Below are positions 39,558-48,953 of a stretch of DNA of 64,000 bases, one piece after another (the stretch's first letter is position 1; the number at the start of each line of letters is the position of its first letter). The stretch spans positions 3,047,701-3,111,700 of the forward strand of contig OZ242007.1 of NCBI GenBank assembly GCA_965204695.1, given 5' to 3'. Both the position numbers and the translations under genes were made by a program. The notes under the pieces are model-generated. The model made no database searches and was not told the origin of the DNA. It saw only the letters and a program-made list of their open reading frames with translations. The stretch comes from Arenicellales bacterium (GTDB lineage Bacteria > Pseudomonadota > Gammaproteobacteria > Arenicellales > JAHEKD01).

Positions 39558-39889
39558 CTGGTGATAATCGATCGAATTGTCTTGGCATCCAGCTCACCAG
39601 TAAACTCAATCACTGTGCCGTTGCTCAGTTTTATTGTGCAACCCGGTAATGCAGGGGAAGAGTGTACGGCCGCTACCGGAATAAAATTCGGTTTGTCCGA
39701 CTGTGCCTCAGACCGATACAGTCCAAGCCTAACCAGCTTACTTTTCCATTGATACAACGTCTTTAAACGCAAACCCTGTGTCAGAGCATAATCCGCAATA
39801 CTGTCTTCACTTTTATCAGCTGCTTTAACATGGTCCAGCCATAAACGCTGCTTTGCCGTCATCGTCTTTGCCAGCATTCCAGTCTCCAA
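39539..39889 (-). CDS. tnpA: IS66 Orf1 (TnpA)
   Basis: 116 aa with the HTH-like segment SIADYALTQGLRLKTLYQWKSKL. It overlaps orf2. Confidence 0.8.
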   Translation of the reverse strand: METGMLAKTMTAKQRLWLDHVKAADKSEDSIADYALTQGLRLKTLYQWKSKLVRLGLYRSEAQSDKPNFIPVAAVHSSPALPGCTIKLSNGTVIEFTGELDAKTIRSIITSCGLKR

Positions 39890-40042
39890 TTATGAAAACC
39901 ATACTCTGGCTGATTTATTCTTAACTGGCTAGACCGTCCGGAAATTGACGCTTACCAATAAGCTAAACGAAATAGAGCTACAAAAACAGGGTACATAAAT
40001 AACGCGCTAATTTATACTATGTGATTACATGAGGTCATTTGA

Positions 40043-42373
40043 CTAGCTATAACCACGCTCTAAGGTCATCAGAATTTCTTCAGGCGTTGCGGGTGCATTT
40101 AGTCCAAGAAAATCTTTTGTCTGTATTTTACTGGCAATCGCATCAGATAATGCTGCCAGAACACTGATTGCAAGACAAAGAGGAGGCTCACCGATTGCTT
40201 TTGATTTAAAAATGGATTCTTCCTTGTTCTGATTCCAGTCCACAAATGCCATTCTCATTTCATCTGGTCTATCGCTGCATGTCGGGATTTTGTAAGTAGA
40301 GGGAGCGTGAGTTTTTAACTTGCCTTTTTCATCCCAGACTATTTCTTCTGTAGTGAGCCATCCCATACCCTGAATAAAACCACCTTCTAACTGCCCCATA
40401 TCTATTGCTGGATTCAAAGATTGGCCAACATCATGTAAGATATCAACCCGTGTTGTTTTGTTTTCTCCTGTCAATGTATCAACTAAGACTTCGGCAACAG
40501 CTGCGCCATAAACATAATAACGATGAGGTTGTCCAGTCATTGTCACAGCATCATAAATATTTTCACCAAGCTTGACGTGACCAGTCGCGGAGAGGGAAAC
40601 GCGATTCATAAACGCTTCATGAACTAAATCATCAAAACTAATTTCTCGATTACCGGCCTGTATACGGTTGGGCAGAAATTTAACCTGTTTGTTTGATACG
40701 TTAAATTTGCCCATGGCAAATTTAAGAAGTCTTTTCTTGATTTTTTTTGCTGCTTGTTTTGCCGCAGCTGCATTGAGATCCGTTCCAGACGAGGCTGCAG
40801 TCGCGATTGTATTGGGAACCTTATCAGTGGCAGTAGCGCATATCTTAATTCGATTAGCATCGACCTGTAATTCATTTGCGACGACCTGTAACACCTTAGT
40901 ATGGAGTCCTTGTCCCATCTCAGTACCTCCATGATTTACATGGATTGAACCATCGGCATATATATGGATAAGTGCACCTGCCTGATTGAGAAAGTTTGGG
41001 CCAAAACCAATTCCATACTTGATAGGAGTCAGTGCAATCCCTTTCTTCAAAATATTGGAAGTATTATTAAATGATGTAATTTGATCGCGGCGAGCATAGT
41101 AATTTGATTTATTGATAAGCTCAGGGACCAGTCGATCAAGAATATTGTCTTTAACCTCGGCCATGAACGGCGTGGTATTTCGAATTTTACGTTCGTAGAA
41201 ATTAATTTTACGAACCTCTAATGGATCTAAACTGAGCTGCCGGGCTATCGCGTCAAGAATGCGTTCAATGATTAGCATTGCCTGAGGAGTACCAAATCCC
41301 CGGAATGCAACACCGGAAACCATATTGGTTTTCCATGCGTGACATGTTGCTCGGACATGCTCGAGAAAATAACAATTATCGATGTGATAAATGGCTCGAT
41401 TTAAAATTGCATCAGACTGGTCCATTGAACAACCACAACGCCCATGAAGGTCAAGCACAATTCCTTCAATTGTTCCATTATCGTTAAATCCAACGTTGAA
41501 TTCAGTGAAAATTTCATGACGTTTCCCGGTCACAAGCATATCGACATCACGGTCAAGACGGCATTTCACTGGGCGACCTAATTTATGTGCAGCTATTGCT
41601 GTGATTGCAGCAAAATGAGTTGGTACCGTTTCTTTCCCACCAAATCCTCCTCCCATCCGTCGTACTTTCACAGACAGTGCGCTAGCAGGGCAATCCAAAA
41701 TGCGTGACACGATTGTTTGAACGGCTGTTGGATCTTGGGTGGCGCTATAAATTTTTAAGTTTCCATGTTCCAGTGGTACGGCAAGTGATATCTGGGGTTC
41801 GAGATAGAAATGTTCTTGTGCACCATTACGTAAACGACCGGACAACTTGTGCTTAGCATGTTGGATCATTTTTTTCGGATCACCGCGCTTTAGTGTCCGT
41901 GGAGGAATTATGTAATTATTCAGGGCCTTTGCCTGCTCGATTGTAAGAACAGGCGGTAGTTCATGATATTCCACAATAGCGACTTTTGCGGCCTGTCGTG
42001 CTGCAAATAGGGTCTCAGCAATGATTGCGAATATAACTTGTCCATGATATTCGACTATCTTGTTCGAAAATACACGATCATCGCCAAGTGCAGTATGGCT
42101 GAAATCATTTGTTCCTGGGATATCTGAAGCTGTAATTACATCGACCACACCTGGTGAGGTAAGAACCTTATCGAGCTGAATTTTCTTAATCCGTCCGTGG
42201 GCAATTGGGCTTAATACGAGATGCGCATGCAGGGTTCCTTCTGGTTCGCGAATATCATCGACATAAATCGCTTCACCAGTTACATGCATTTGGGCACTGT
42301 CATGTTCTAAGTGAGTCTGAATTCCACCTTTAATGGTGATATCTTTAGTAGATGAGGTTGATTTTTGTAGCAT
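40043..42373 (-). CDS. xdhB: Xanthine dehydrogenase, molybdopterin-binding large subunit
   Basis: 776 aa. Motifs include HVTGEAIYVDDI, RRMGGGFGGKE, GTEMGQGLHTK and AIGEPP. Confidence 0.9.
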   Translation of the reverse strand: MLQKSTSSTKDITIKGGIQTHLEHDSAQMHVTGEAIYVDDIREPEGTLHAHLVLSPIAHGRIKKIQLDKVLTSPGVVDVITASDIPGTNDFSHTALGDDRVFSNKIVEYHGQVIFAIIAETLFAARQAAKVAIVEYHELPPVLTIEQAKALNNYIIPPRTLKRGDPKKMIQHAKHKLSGRLRNGAQEHFYLEPQISLAVPLEHGNLKIYSATQDPTAVQTIVSRILDCPASALSVKVRRMGGGFGGKETVPTHFAAITAIAAHKLGRPVKCRLDRDVDMLVTGKRHEIFTEFNVGFNDNGTIEGIVLDLHGRCGCSMDQSDAILNRAIYHIDNCYFLEHVRATCHAWKTNMVSGVAFRGFGTPQAMLIIERILDAIARQLSLDPLEVRKINFYERKIRNTTPFMAEVKDNILDRLVPELINKSNYYARRDQITSFNNTSNILKKGIALTPIKYGIGFGPNFLNQAGALIHIYADGSIHVNHGGTEMGQGLHTKVLQVVANELQVDANRIKICATATDKVPNTIATAASSGTDLNAAAAKQAAKKIKKRLLKFAMGKFNVSNKQVKFLPNRIQAGNREISFDDLVHEAFMNRVSLSATGHVKLGENIYDAVTMTGQPHRYYVYGAAVAEVLVDTLTGENKTTRVDILHDVGQSLNPAIDMGQLEGGFIQGMGWLTTEEIVWDEKGKLKTHAPSTYKIPTCSDRPDEMRMAFVDWNQNKEESIFKSKAIGEPPLCLAISVLAALSDAIASKIQTKDFLGLNAPATPEEILMTLERGYS

Positions 42374-42389
42374 GCTGAGTTCTCAATGT

Positions 42390-43835
42390 TTAGTTGGCCA
42401 GGATTCGTGTGTAAGAAAAATCGTGCCGAGATTCTTCGAACATTTTGTGAAGCAGGTTTCCCGCGACCTTGAGACGGTATTGAGCCGACGCACGCATATC
42501 AGAGATTGGTGCAAAATCTTTTTTCAGGCATTTTACAGCGTTTTCGATGCTTTGTTGTGTATATGGCTGGCCAACTAGGGCCGATTCTGTTTGTAATGCC
42601 CGTTTGGGTGTTGCCGCCATGCCGCCGAATGCGATACGAATTTCTTCGATACTATTCCCGTTTAACTGTATTTGAATGGCAGCGCAGACGGATGAGATAT
42701 CCTGATCAAACCGCTTTGAAATCTTATAAGCAGCAAAACGACTTCCTGGAAGTGGTTTAGGTATTATAATTCGTTCTAGAAATTCTCCCGGTTCTCGATT
42801 TTGTTTACCGTAGTCAATGAAGTAATTCTCAATTGGTAATTCCCGACGTTTTCCTGCTTTGTTTAGAATGATTCGCGCATTCATAGCGATAAGTAAGGGG
42901 GGTGTATCTCCAATAGGAGAGCCGTTAGCAATATTTCCACCCATCGTACCAAGATTTCGAACCTGATGTGAACCAAGTCTGCGCAATATACGACCAAAAT
43001 CTGGATATGCACTATTTAGGGATGCTGGCAAGTCACTATATCGTACAGCAGCGCCTATTTCGAACGCTTCTTTAGTTTCATTAATTGTGCACAATTCTTT
43101 TACATTACCGGTATATATTATCTTCGATAGAAGTTTATGTTGTTTGGTTACCCAAAGGCCAATATCGGTTCCCCCGGCAAGAATTGTCGCACTGGGATTA
43201 CTGTTAACTAATTCGGATAACTCATTTATGTTTGAAGGTGAAAAATACATACTGTTATCGCTATTTATAACCAAGTCTTTGGTAGGTTGAATTGACGTTA
43301 GCAACTTTAACGTTTTTTCATCTTGATCAGAGGGAGAGTGAGGTATATATACTTTTTTAACTGCCTCTATTATGGGACCATATCCCGTACAACGGCACAG
43401 ATTACCTGCCAATGCATCTTCTATTTCTTGTTGCGATGGATTAGGTGTTGAACGCCATAATACGTACATTGACATAATAAAACCGGGTGTGCAAAATCCG
43501 CACTGAGAGCCATGTGTATCGACTAGGGCCTGTTGAATAGGATGCAAGTCTCCATTGGGTGCAATTAAATCCTCGACAGTTAAGAGTTGACAACCATCGA
43601 TCGTTGCTAAAAACTGAATACAAGCATTCACCGAAGAATAATGAAGAGACCCGTTTTTCAAGCGACCAATAGCTATTGTGCATGCACCGCAATCTCCCTC
43701 TGCACAGCCTTCTTTTGTTCCCTTTCGATGCTTATATTCGCGTATGTAATCAAGAACAGTGAGAGTTGAGTCAAACTTTGTAAGTTGGTGGATTTTGCCC
43801 CCTAATACAAAACGGATTTTCGTACGCTTTACCAT
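42390..43835 (-). CDS. xdhA: Xanthine dehydrogenase small subunit ([2Fe-2S] plus FAD-binding)
   Basis: It has the two Fe-S motifs GCAEGDCGACT and CRCTGY, then the FAD-binding GGTDIGLWVTK. Confidence 0.9.
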   Translation of the reverse strand: MVKRTKIRFVLGGKIHQLTKFDSTLTVLDYIREYKHRKGTKEGCAEGDCGACTIAIGRLKNGSLHYSSVNACIQFLATIDGCQLLTVEDLIAPNGDLHPIQQALVDTHGSQCGFCTPGFIMSMYVLWRSTPNPSQQEIEDALAGNLCRCTGYGPIIEAVKKVYIPHSPSDQDEKTLKLLTSIQPTKDLVINSDNSMYFSPSNINELSELVNSNPSATILAGGTDIGLWVTKQHKLLSKIIYTGNVKELCTINETKEAFEIGAAVRYSDLPASLNSAYPDFGRILRRLGSHQVRNLGTMGGNIANGSPIGDTPPLLIAMNARIILNKAGKRRELPIENYFIDYGKQNREPGEFLERIIIPKPLPGSRFAAYKISKRFDQDISSVCAAIQIQLNGNSIEEIRIAFGGMAATPKRALQTESALVGQPYTQQSIENAVKCLKKDFAPISDMRASAQYRLKVAGNLLHKMFEESRHDFSYTRILAN

Positions 43836-43897
43836 TTTATGATTCCATGTTTATTACCTGTATTAAGTTCCAACATTTTATTTCTTGCCAACTTAAA

Positions 43898-44512
43898 TCA
43901 TCGAACAAGGTTACGAATCTTGGGTAAAACTGAACGGAAGTCCTCTGTGTCAGCACGACTCAACCACTCAAAAAGCACCATTTCAGTTGAGGTAATATTC
44001 AATTTTGAGGAGCGAGCTCGTTCTATAGCTAAAACTTTATCAGAGTTTTTACGTGAACCGATGGCGTCAGCACAAAGCCATGTATCATAGCCACGTTGTT
44101 TGAGGCTCAGGGCCGTTTGTAAAACACAAACATGCGCCTCTGTACCGGTTACAACGACTTGACTTCGATCATAATTAGAAATAATAGAAAGGAACCCAGG
44201 TTCTTTAGTTGCATCAAAATAAATTTTCTCGAATACTTGGGGTTGATCTACGGTCTTAATCAAGCTTTGTAGGGTGTTACCTAGCCCTTGTGTATACTGT
44301 TGAGTAAACACTACAGGGATTCCTAGTTTTGTAGCTGAGTCGATAATGGTTAGATTTCTTTCCAATAATTCTTTGAAGTTAAGGATTTTATCAGCCAGAT
44401 TTTCCTGAATATCGATAACAAGCAAAATGCTATTTTCTGACTGTAATGTGTTCCATGCTTTATCCAAGAATATAGACTTAAAATTTGACCCGATTGTTAT
44501 TATTGTAGCCAA
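43898..44512 (-). CDS. Isochorismatase-family cysteine hydrolase
   Basis: LLVIDIQE... and VVVTGTEAHVCVLQTA form the catalytic Asp/Lys/Cys arrangement of the family. Confidence 0.75.
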   Translation of the reverse strand: MATIITIGSNFKSIFLDKAWNTLQSENSILLVIDIQENLADKILNFKELLERNLTIIDSATKLGIPVVFTQQYTQGLGNTLQSLIKTVDQPQVFEKIYFDATKEPGFLSIISNYDRSQVVVTGTEAHVCVLQTALSLKQRGYDTWLCADAIGSRKNSDKVLAIERARSSKLNITSTEMVLFEWLSRADTEDFRSVLPKIRNLVR

Positions 44513-44523
44513 TATAATATATA

Positions 44524-44535
44524 ATTGTCTACAAA
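44524..44535. promoter_or_regulatory. Variant of the ATTGT-N2-ACAAT operator-like palindrome
   Basis: ATTGTCTACAAA lies in the 55-bp divergent promoter region between the isochorismatase-family and deaminase genes. Confidence 0.35.
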
Positions 44536-44567
44536 ATATTTATTTTTGTTTATGGGAGTAAGATCGA

Positions 44568-45053
44568 ATGACAATACAATCAGAGCAGGATTTAAAACTT
44601 TTACGTAGAGCAATCGTTGTGTCAGAAAAATCAAAAATGAATGGTGCACATCCTTTTGGTTCTATTCTTGTTGACAGTGATGGTAACGTTCTGTTGGAAT
44701 CTGAAAATTCCTTTCCTACAGATGGCGGACCGGGTCATGCTGAAACCAATCTAGCACGCATTGCTGCTACGAAATACAGCCCAGATTTTTTAGAAGAGTG
44801 CACACTTTACACTTCAGTTGAACCCTGTTGCATGTGTGCAGGATCTGCATATTGGGCCGGTATTGGTGCCGTTGTTTTTGGTATGACCGAGGCAAGACTC
44901 GGTGAACTTACAGGGGACCACCCAGAGAATTTAACAATGGACTTACCTTGTCGTACTGTTTTTGACGCAGGCCGTCGTAAAGTCAGTGTACGAGGTCCTT
45001 ATAAAGAGCTAGAAGCTGAAATTCTTGAGGTTCACGAAGGCTTCTGGGATTAA
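44568..45053 (+). CDS. CDA-fold nucleoside/nucleobase deaminase (guanine-deaminase-type candidate)
   Basis: The zinc motifs are HAE (GHAETNL) and PCxxC (VEPCCMCAG). It is 161 aa and sits in a purine-catabolism context. Confidence 0.7.
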   Translation: MTIQSEQDLKLLRRAIVVSEKSKMNGAHPFGSILVDSDGNVLLESENSFPTDGGPGHAETNLARIAATKYSPDFLEECTLYTSVEPCCMCAGSAYWAGIGAVVFGMTEARLGELTGDHPENLTMDLPCRTVFDAGRRKVSVRGPYKELEAEILEVHEGFWD

Positions 45054-45351
45054 TTGTTTACATGGTATTTCTATAGTTGAAGACACACTCTCAATGACCG
45101 TTACTCCATTTCGAGATGTAATTCTTTCAAAATAGATTGATAAATTCTTTAAAAATAATAAATTTACGAGATGATGTGGTAGTTTGTCTTATGTCAATGA
45201 GGAAAGCTAATTTAGCTAAAATTATGATCTGAACATTGAATTAGCAGTAATGATTATCACTACTGTCAGGATTTTTACTAATACTCACTATCCGCTACTA
45301 GTACTAAGTCGGAGAGTTGATGGACTATATGTGAGTCGAGTTCAATAGCGT

Positions 45352-46515
45352 CTAAGCAGTGATTTTATCTATTAATCTCCATAGAAATCTTTCACAGCTG
45401 GCAATCTGTTCATGGGTGAGGAACTCATCTGCCTTATGCGCTTGATCAATACAACCCGGACCGCAGACTATAGTGGGGATACCCGCCTTTTGAAAATAAC
45501 CGGCCTCGGTACCGAATCCCACACAAGTGCTCTCTTTAGAATTAGATAGAGCCTTTGCGAGTTCTGTAATTTTATCCGTTTCAGAAGTATCTAAGGCCTC
45601 GCAACCTGGGACGAACTCCCAACTCAAACCTGAATTAGGTGCCACGATCTTCATTTCGGGTTCAATATATTTTGCGACATATTCTCGGCATTCATTCACG
45701 TAGTCCATTGGGTCTTCACCCGGAAGGAATCTTACGTCAAAATCGAAAGAACATTGTGCTGCTACAATATTTACAGCTGTTCCGCCATTCACCATGCAAG
45801 TTTGAATGGTGGTGTATTTTGGATCCTCGAATGAATCATTATAAGGGCCCTGGTCGCGTAAGCGGCGTTGTAGTTTCTTTAAGTAGGCAATCGTTTCAGC
45901 AGCCGCTTCTACTGCATTTACGCCCATATGTGCTACACCAGAATGTGCAGGTAGTCCGCTGACTGTAACGTGTCCGCCAATTTTCCCCTTATGTGCACGA
46001 ATTACTTTCATTTGAGAGGGCTCACCAACAATACAAGCCTTTGGTCTTAAGCCACGGTCAATCATATCTTGGATGAGCAGTGGTACACCCAGGCATCCAA
46101 TCTCTTCGTCAAAAGACATTGCGAGATGGATAGGAGTTATGAGTTGTCGTTTCGCGAATTCAGGAGCAAATGCTGTAGCAATCGCAAGAAAACCTTTCAT
46201 ATCTACAACTCCTCGACCAACTATCCTGTCATCAAGTTTTTGCAATTTAAAGGGATCACTTGTCCAGGTTTGATCCTCGCACGGAACCACATCTGTATGT
46301 CCAGATAGAATTATACCTGGGCGATCGCTAGGACCGATGGTTGCAAACAGATTGGCTTTTTGACCACTCTCATCATAAGTGAGTACCGAATCGATACCAA
46401 GACTACCCAGATAATCACGTACAAAGAATATCAATGGTAGATTAGAGTTACTGCTAATAGTATTGAATTCGATAAAGTTTTCGATCATCTCAATTGAGAA
46501 TAGTGGATTGGTCAT
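45352..46515 (-). CDS. M20-family metallohydrolase (ArgE/DapE-like); candidate amidohydrolase of the ureide pathway
   Basis: SGHTDVVP, VDMKG and EE(I)G are metal-ligand motifs. The context with purine-catabolic genes fits. Confidence 0.7.
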   Translation of the reverse strand: MTNPLFSIEMIENFIEFNTISSNSNLPLIFFVRDYLGSLGIDSVLTYDESGQKANLFATIGPSDRPGIILSGHTDVVPCEDQTWTSDPFKLQKLDDRIVGRGVVDMKGFLAIATAFAPEFAKRQLITPIHLAMSFDEEIGCLGVPLLIQDMIDRGLRPKACIVGEPSQMKVIRAHKGKIGGHVTVSGLPAHSGVAHMGVNAVEAAAETIAYLKKLQRRLRDQGPYNDSFEDPKYTTIQTCMVNGGTAVNIVAAQCSFDFDVRFLPGEDPMDYVNECREYVAKYIEPEMKIVAPNSGLSWEFVPGCEALDTSETDKITELAKALSNSKESTCVGFGTEAGYFQKAGIPTIVCGPGCIDQAHKADEFLTHEQIASCERFLWRLIDKITA

Positions 46516-46528
46516 ATATTCCTCAGAT

Positions 46529-47311
46529 TTATGAACCGCAGTAGCATGAGTATCCCCAAGGAGCTGCTAGGAGCGGAATATGATAATGTTGCTTAATATC
46601 ACTTACACAAAAGCGGATGCGTGCATGTGGAAAAAAAGGTGTTGTGCCGACAGGAAATCCGCAGGCTGAAAAATACGTGCCAAGATCAAAAACAAGTTCG
46701 TATTCTCCTATGACAAGACTTCCTGCGCCAGCAAGCCATTCCGGAGTGCGACCTTCTTCGTTTGTGACGAGATCATTGATTTTTTCACCCTCAGGCCCGG
46801 TCAGCGATACGTGTAATCCACCAGCACCGACACCACGTGCGATATCAATAGCATGCGTTGTAATACCCGCACCTCCAATACCAGGTAGAGCAGCCGTTCC
46901 GACTGCAGGATTGGTTAACGATGACAATCGCTTGGGATCATCTATCGGAATTCGATGGGGGGGTACACCACGGTATGTTGAGAACGCAAATGGTGAGATG
47001 ACCAGTGGCACGTGATAATGGGACGCACAATCAGTAATATGAAAATCAATCTGTACAGACTTGAAGAAAGGCGATGATGTTTCGAAAATTAGGCTATATT
47101 CACCGGGAACTGTTTCATCAGTAGTCATTAATGGGCTTGCCAGCCTACCATCTACATTTGTCATTCGTGCCTTTAGCGGCGTTAGAACAAAATTTTCATT
47201 GCGACACAGTGTAATTTTTATCCCTTCCCCAGGTTTTCCTGACATTGTGTCAAGAACGTGGGTGGTCAAACAAGCATTTGATGCCACGAGATCCGAATTA
47301 ATATCGTGCAT
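46529..47311 (-). CDS. uraH: Tandem-domain 5-hydroxyisourate hydrolase (two transthyretin-like HIUase domains in one 260-aa chain)
   Basis: Domain 1 is LTTHVLD...NVDGRL...HYHVPLVISPFAFSTYRG. Domain 2 is ITTHAID...NEEGRT...HYHIPLLAAPWGYSCYCGS. Confidence 0.75.
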   Translation of the reverse strand: MHDINSDLVASNACLTTHVLDTMSGKPGEGIKITLCRNENFVLTPLKARMTNVDGRLASPLMTTDETVPGEYSLIFETSSPFFKSVQIDFHITDCASHYHVPLVISPFAFSTYRGVPPHRIPIDDPKRLSSLTNPAVGTAALPGIGGAGITTHAIDIARGVGAGGLHVSLTGPEGEKINDLVTNEEGRTPEWLAGAGSLVIGEYELVFDLGTYFSACGFPVGTTPFFPHARIRFCVSDIKQHYHIPLLAAPWGYSCYCGS

Positions 47312-47372
47312 TTTTTAATATCCATAGAAAATTGGAAATTGAAAGGTATTATTTTAAACATAAATTGACAAT

Positions 47373-47384
47373 ATTGTGTACAAT
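47373..47384. promoter_or_regulatory. ATTGTGTACAAT operator-like palindrome (uraH/gntR divergent region)
   Basis: The same 12-mer recurs at 48883-48894. It has ATTGT/ACAAT inverted arms around GT. Confidence 0.5.
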
Positions 47385-47759
47385 TATGTCGAGAAACTAT
47401 CATATAAGTTAAGGTATAAACTTGATGATAGTAGTTGAATGATAAAATTAAAATTACAAAATTCAATGAATCTGATCAGGGCATCCTTTGTCATGCCGTT
47501 GTTCAATTGACTTTTAATGATTTAAAGAACAATTTACCCGATAGTCATGAATTCAATAATATCTGAACTGAATGTGTGCTAGATTTAATAGAACAAAAAG
47601 TATTAAGATGAACTCGTTTAGGATCGTTTTTAGTATTTTTTAAGAATATGAAAAAACTCGCTGATGCATATGGGAATTACGCTTATCAAAGGTTTGTAAA
47701 CACAATTGACACGCAAAACATTCCCACAAACATCGTCAACCAAAAAATAGAATTCTTAG

Positions 47760-48479
47760 ATGAAAGATCAATTATCAAGGGCTGACTTGGAAAAGGCGCC
47801 ATCAAGACAAGAGTTAGAACAGCAATTATATGCTGAGATTCGACGAGCCATCGCAGAGCGTCGGCTTCTCCCCGGTGTAAAACTTACCGAGGAAGCCTTG
47901 GCTGAGCTGTTTCTCGTTAGTCGTGCTCGGGTTCGAAAGGTTTTACTTCTATTAGCCAAAGACCATATTGTTACGCATGAACCCAATCGCGGTGCTTTTG
48001 TATGGCGACCGAGTGTTGTAGAAGCAATGAATGTTTTGGAATCACGAAAGGTAATAGAATTGCACCTGATTAAGCAGGCAGCAAAACAAGCAACACGAAA
48101 ACAGATTAAAGAACTTCGTAAAATCCTTAAGGCTGAAAGTGTAGCACTGAATACCCATGATCGTGCAGCCACAATGCGTTTATCAGGTGAATTTCACATT
48201 GCTATGGCTGAATGTGCTGGAAACCCAATTTTAACTGACTTTTTGGCAGGATTAGTATCGCGTTGTTACCTGATCTTAGCTACTTATCAACGCCAGAACA
48301 CACGATCGTGTCCTCAAACAGATCATTGTGAACTCGTCGATCGAATTGAAGCTGGTGATGGTGAAGGTGCGGCTCAACTACTTGAATTACATTTTTTACA
48401 CATCGAAGCTGAGCTTGATCTTGACGATAATGATGACAAAACTACAAATTTGCGTGAAATACTGAAACATCCGAGATAA
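47760..48479 (+). CDS. GntR-family (FadR/FCD subfamily) transcriptional regulator
   Basis: It has a winged-HTH N-terminus (LPGVKLTEEALAELFLVSRARVRKVLLLLA) and a helical FCD-like C-terminal domain. Confidence 0.85.
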   Translation: MKDQLSRADLEKAPSRQELEQQLYAEIRRAIAERRLLPGVKLTEEALAELFLVSRARVRKVLLLLAKDHIVTHEPNRGAFVWRPSVVEAMNVLESRKVIELHLIKQAAKQATRKQIKELRKILKAESVALNTHDRAATMRLSGEFHIAMAECAGNPILTDFLAGLVSRCYLILATYQRQNTRSCPQTDHCELVDRIEAGDGEGAAQLLELHFLHIEAELDLDDNDDKTTNLREILKHPR

Positions 48480-48882
48480 TTCCACAAATTAAGTTAGGTA
48501 TTAGTAGAAATATTAACTGGATTCACTATTATAAAACACTGTTACCTGTCTGCACATCCTTCGGAGGGTAGGGATGATATATCGATATGCATGTTCTTCT
48601 AGGAAACATTCGACGATTACTTTGAATGAATTTTTTTCGATGTGAATAATGTTGATTTCGTTCACTATTTAAAAGTTGCAAAATAAGTCTGAATAACGCT
48701 GCTGAATAAATACTAATCAAGCAATTCAACATAATTTGAACGGTAATCAATCCTATTGATTCTATGACATCACTATCCACGTTATTTATCTAATCTGATT
48801 CACCAAATATTAGTCAATTTAATATTTCTATTTCATTAGAAAAACGATAATTTAATTAAAAATGTCAACATTAATTAATTAA

Positions 48883-48894
48883 ATTGTGTACAAT
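48883..48894. promoter_or_regulatory. ATTGTGTACAAT operator-like palindrome upstream of the ABC transporter operon
   Basis: This 12-mer is identical to the one at 47373-47384 and lies 60 bp upstream of the binding-protein start. Confidence 0.5.
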
Positions 48895-48953
48895 AATATT
48901 GCATATTCTCAATAAAATTGTGAAATACAGAGTAAAATTATGGGAGAAAGTTT

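Larger units (their letters stand above)
35717..39955 (-). mobile_element. IS66-family transposable unit (4239 bp) carrying a passenger gene
   Basis: The ends are GTAAGCGTTTAGTTAAGGACAGG (35717) and the reverse complement GTAAGCGTCAATTTCCGGACGG (39955), matching at 24 of 36 positions. Identical 8-bp flanks CAATAAGC lie at 35709-35716 and 39956-39963. It contains tnpA-tnpB-tnpC plus a 1.5-kb passenger ORF. Confidence 0.8.
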
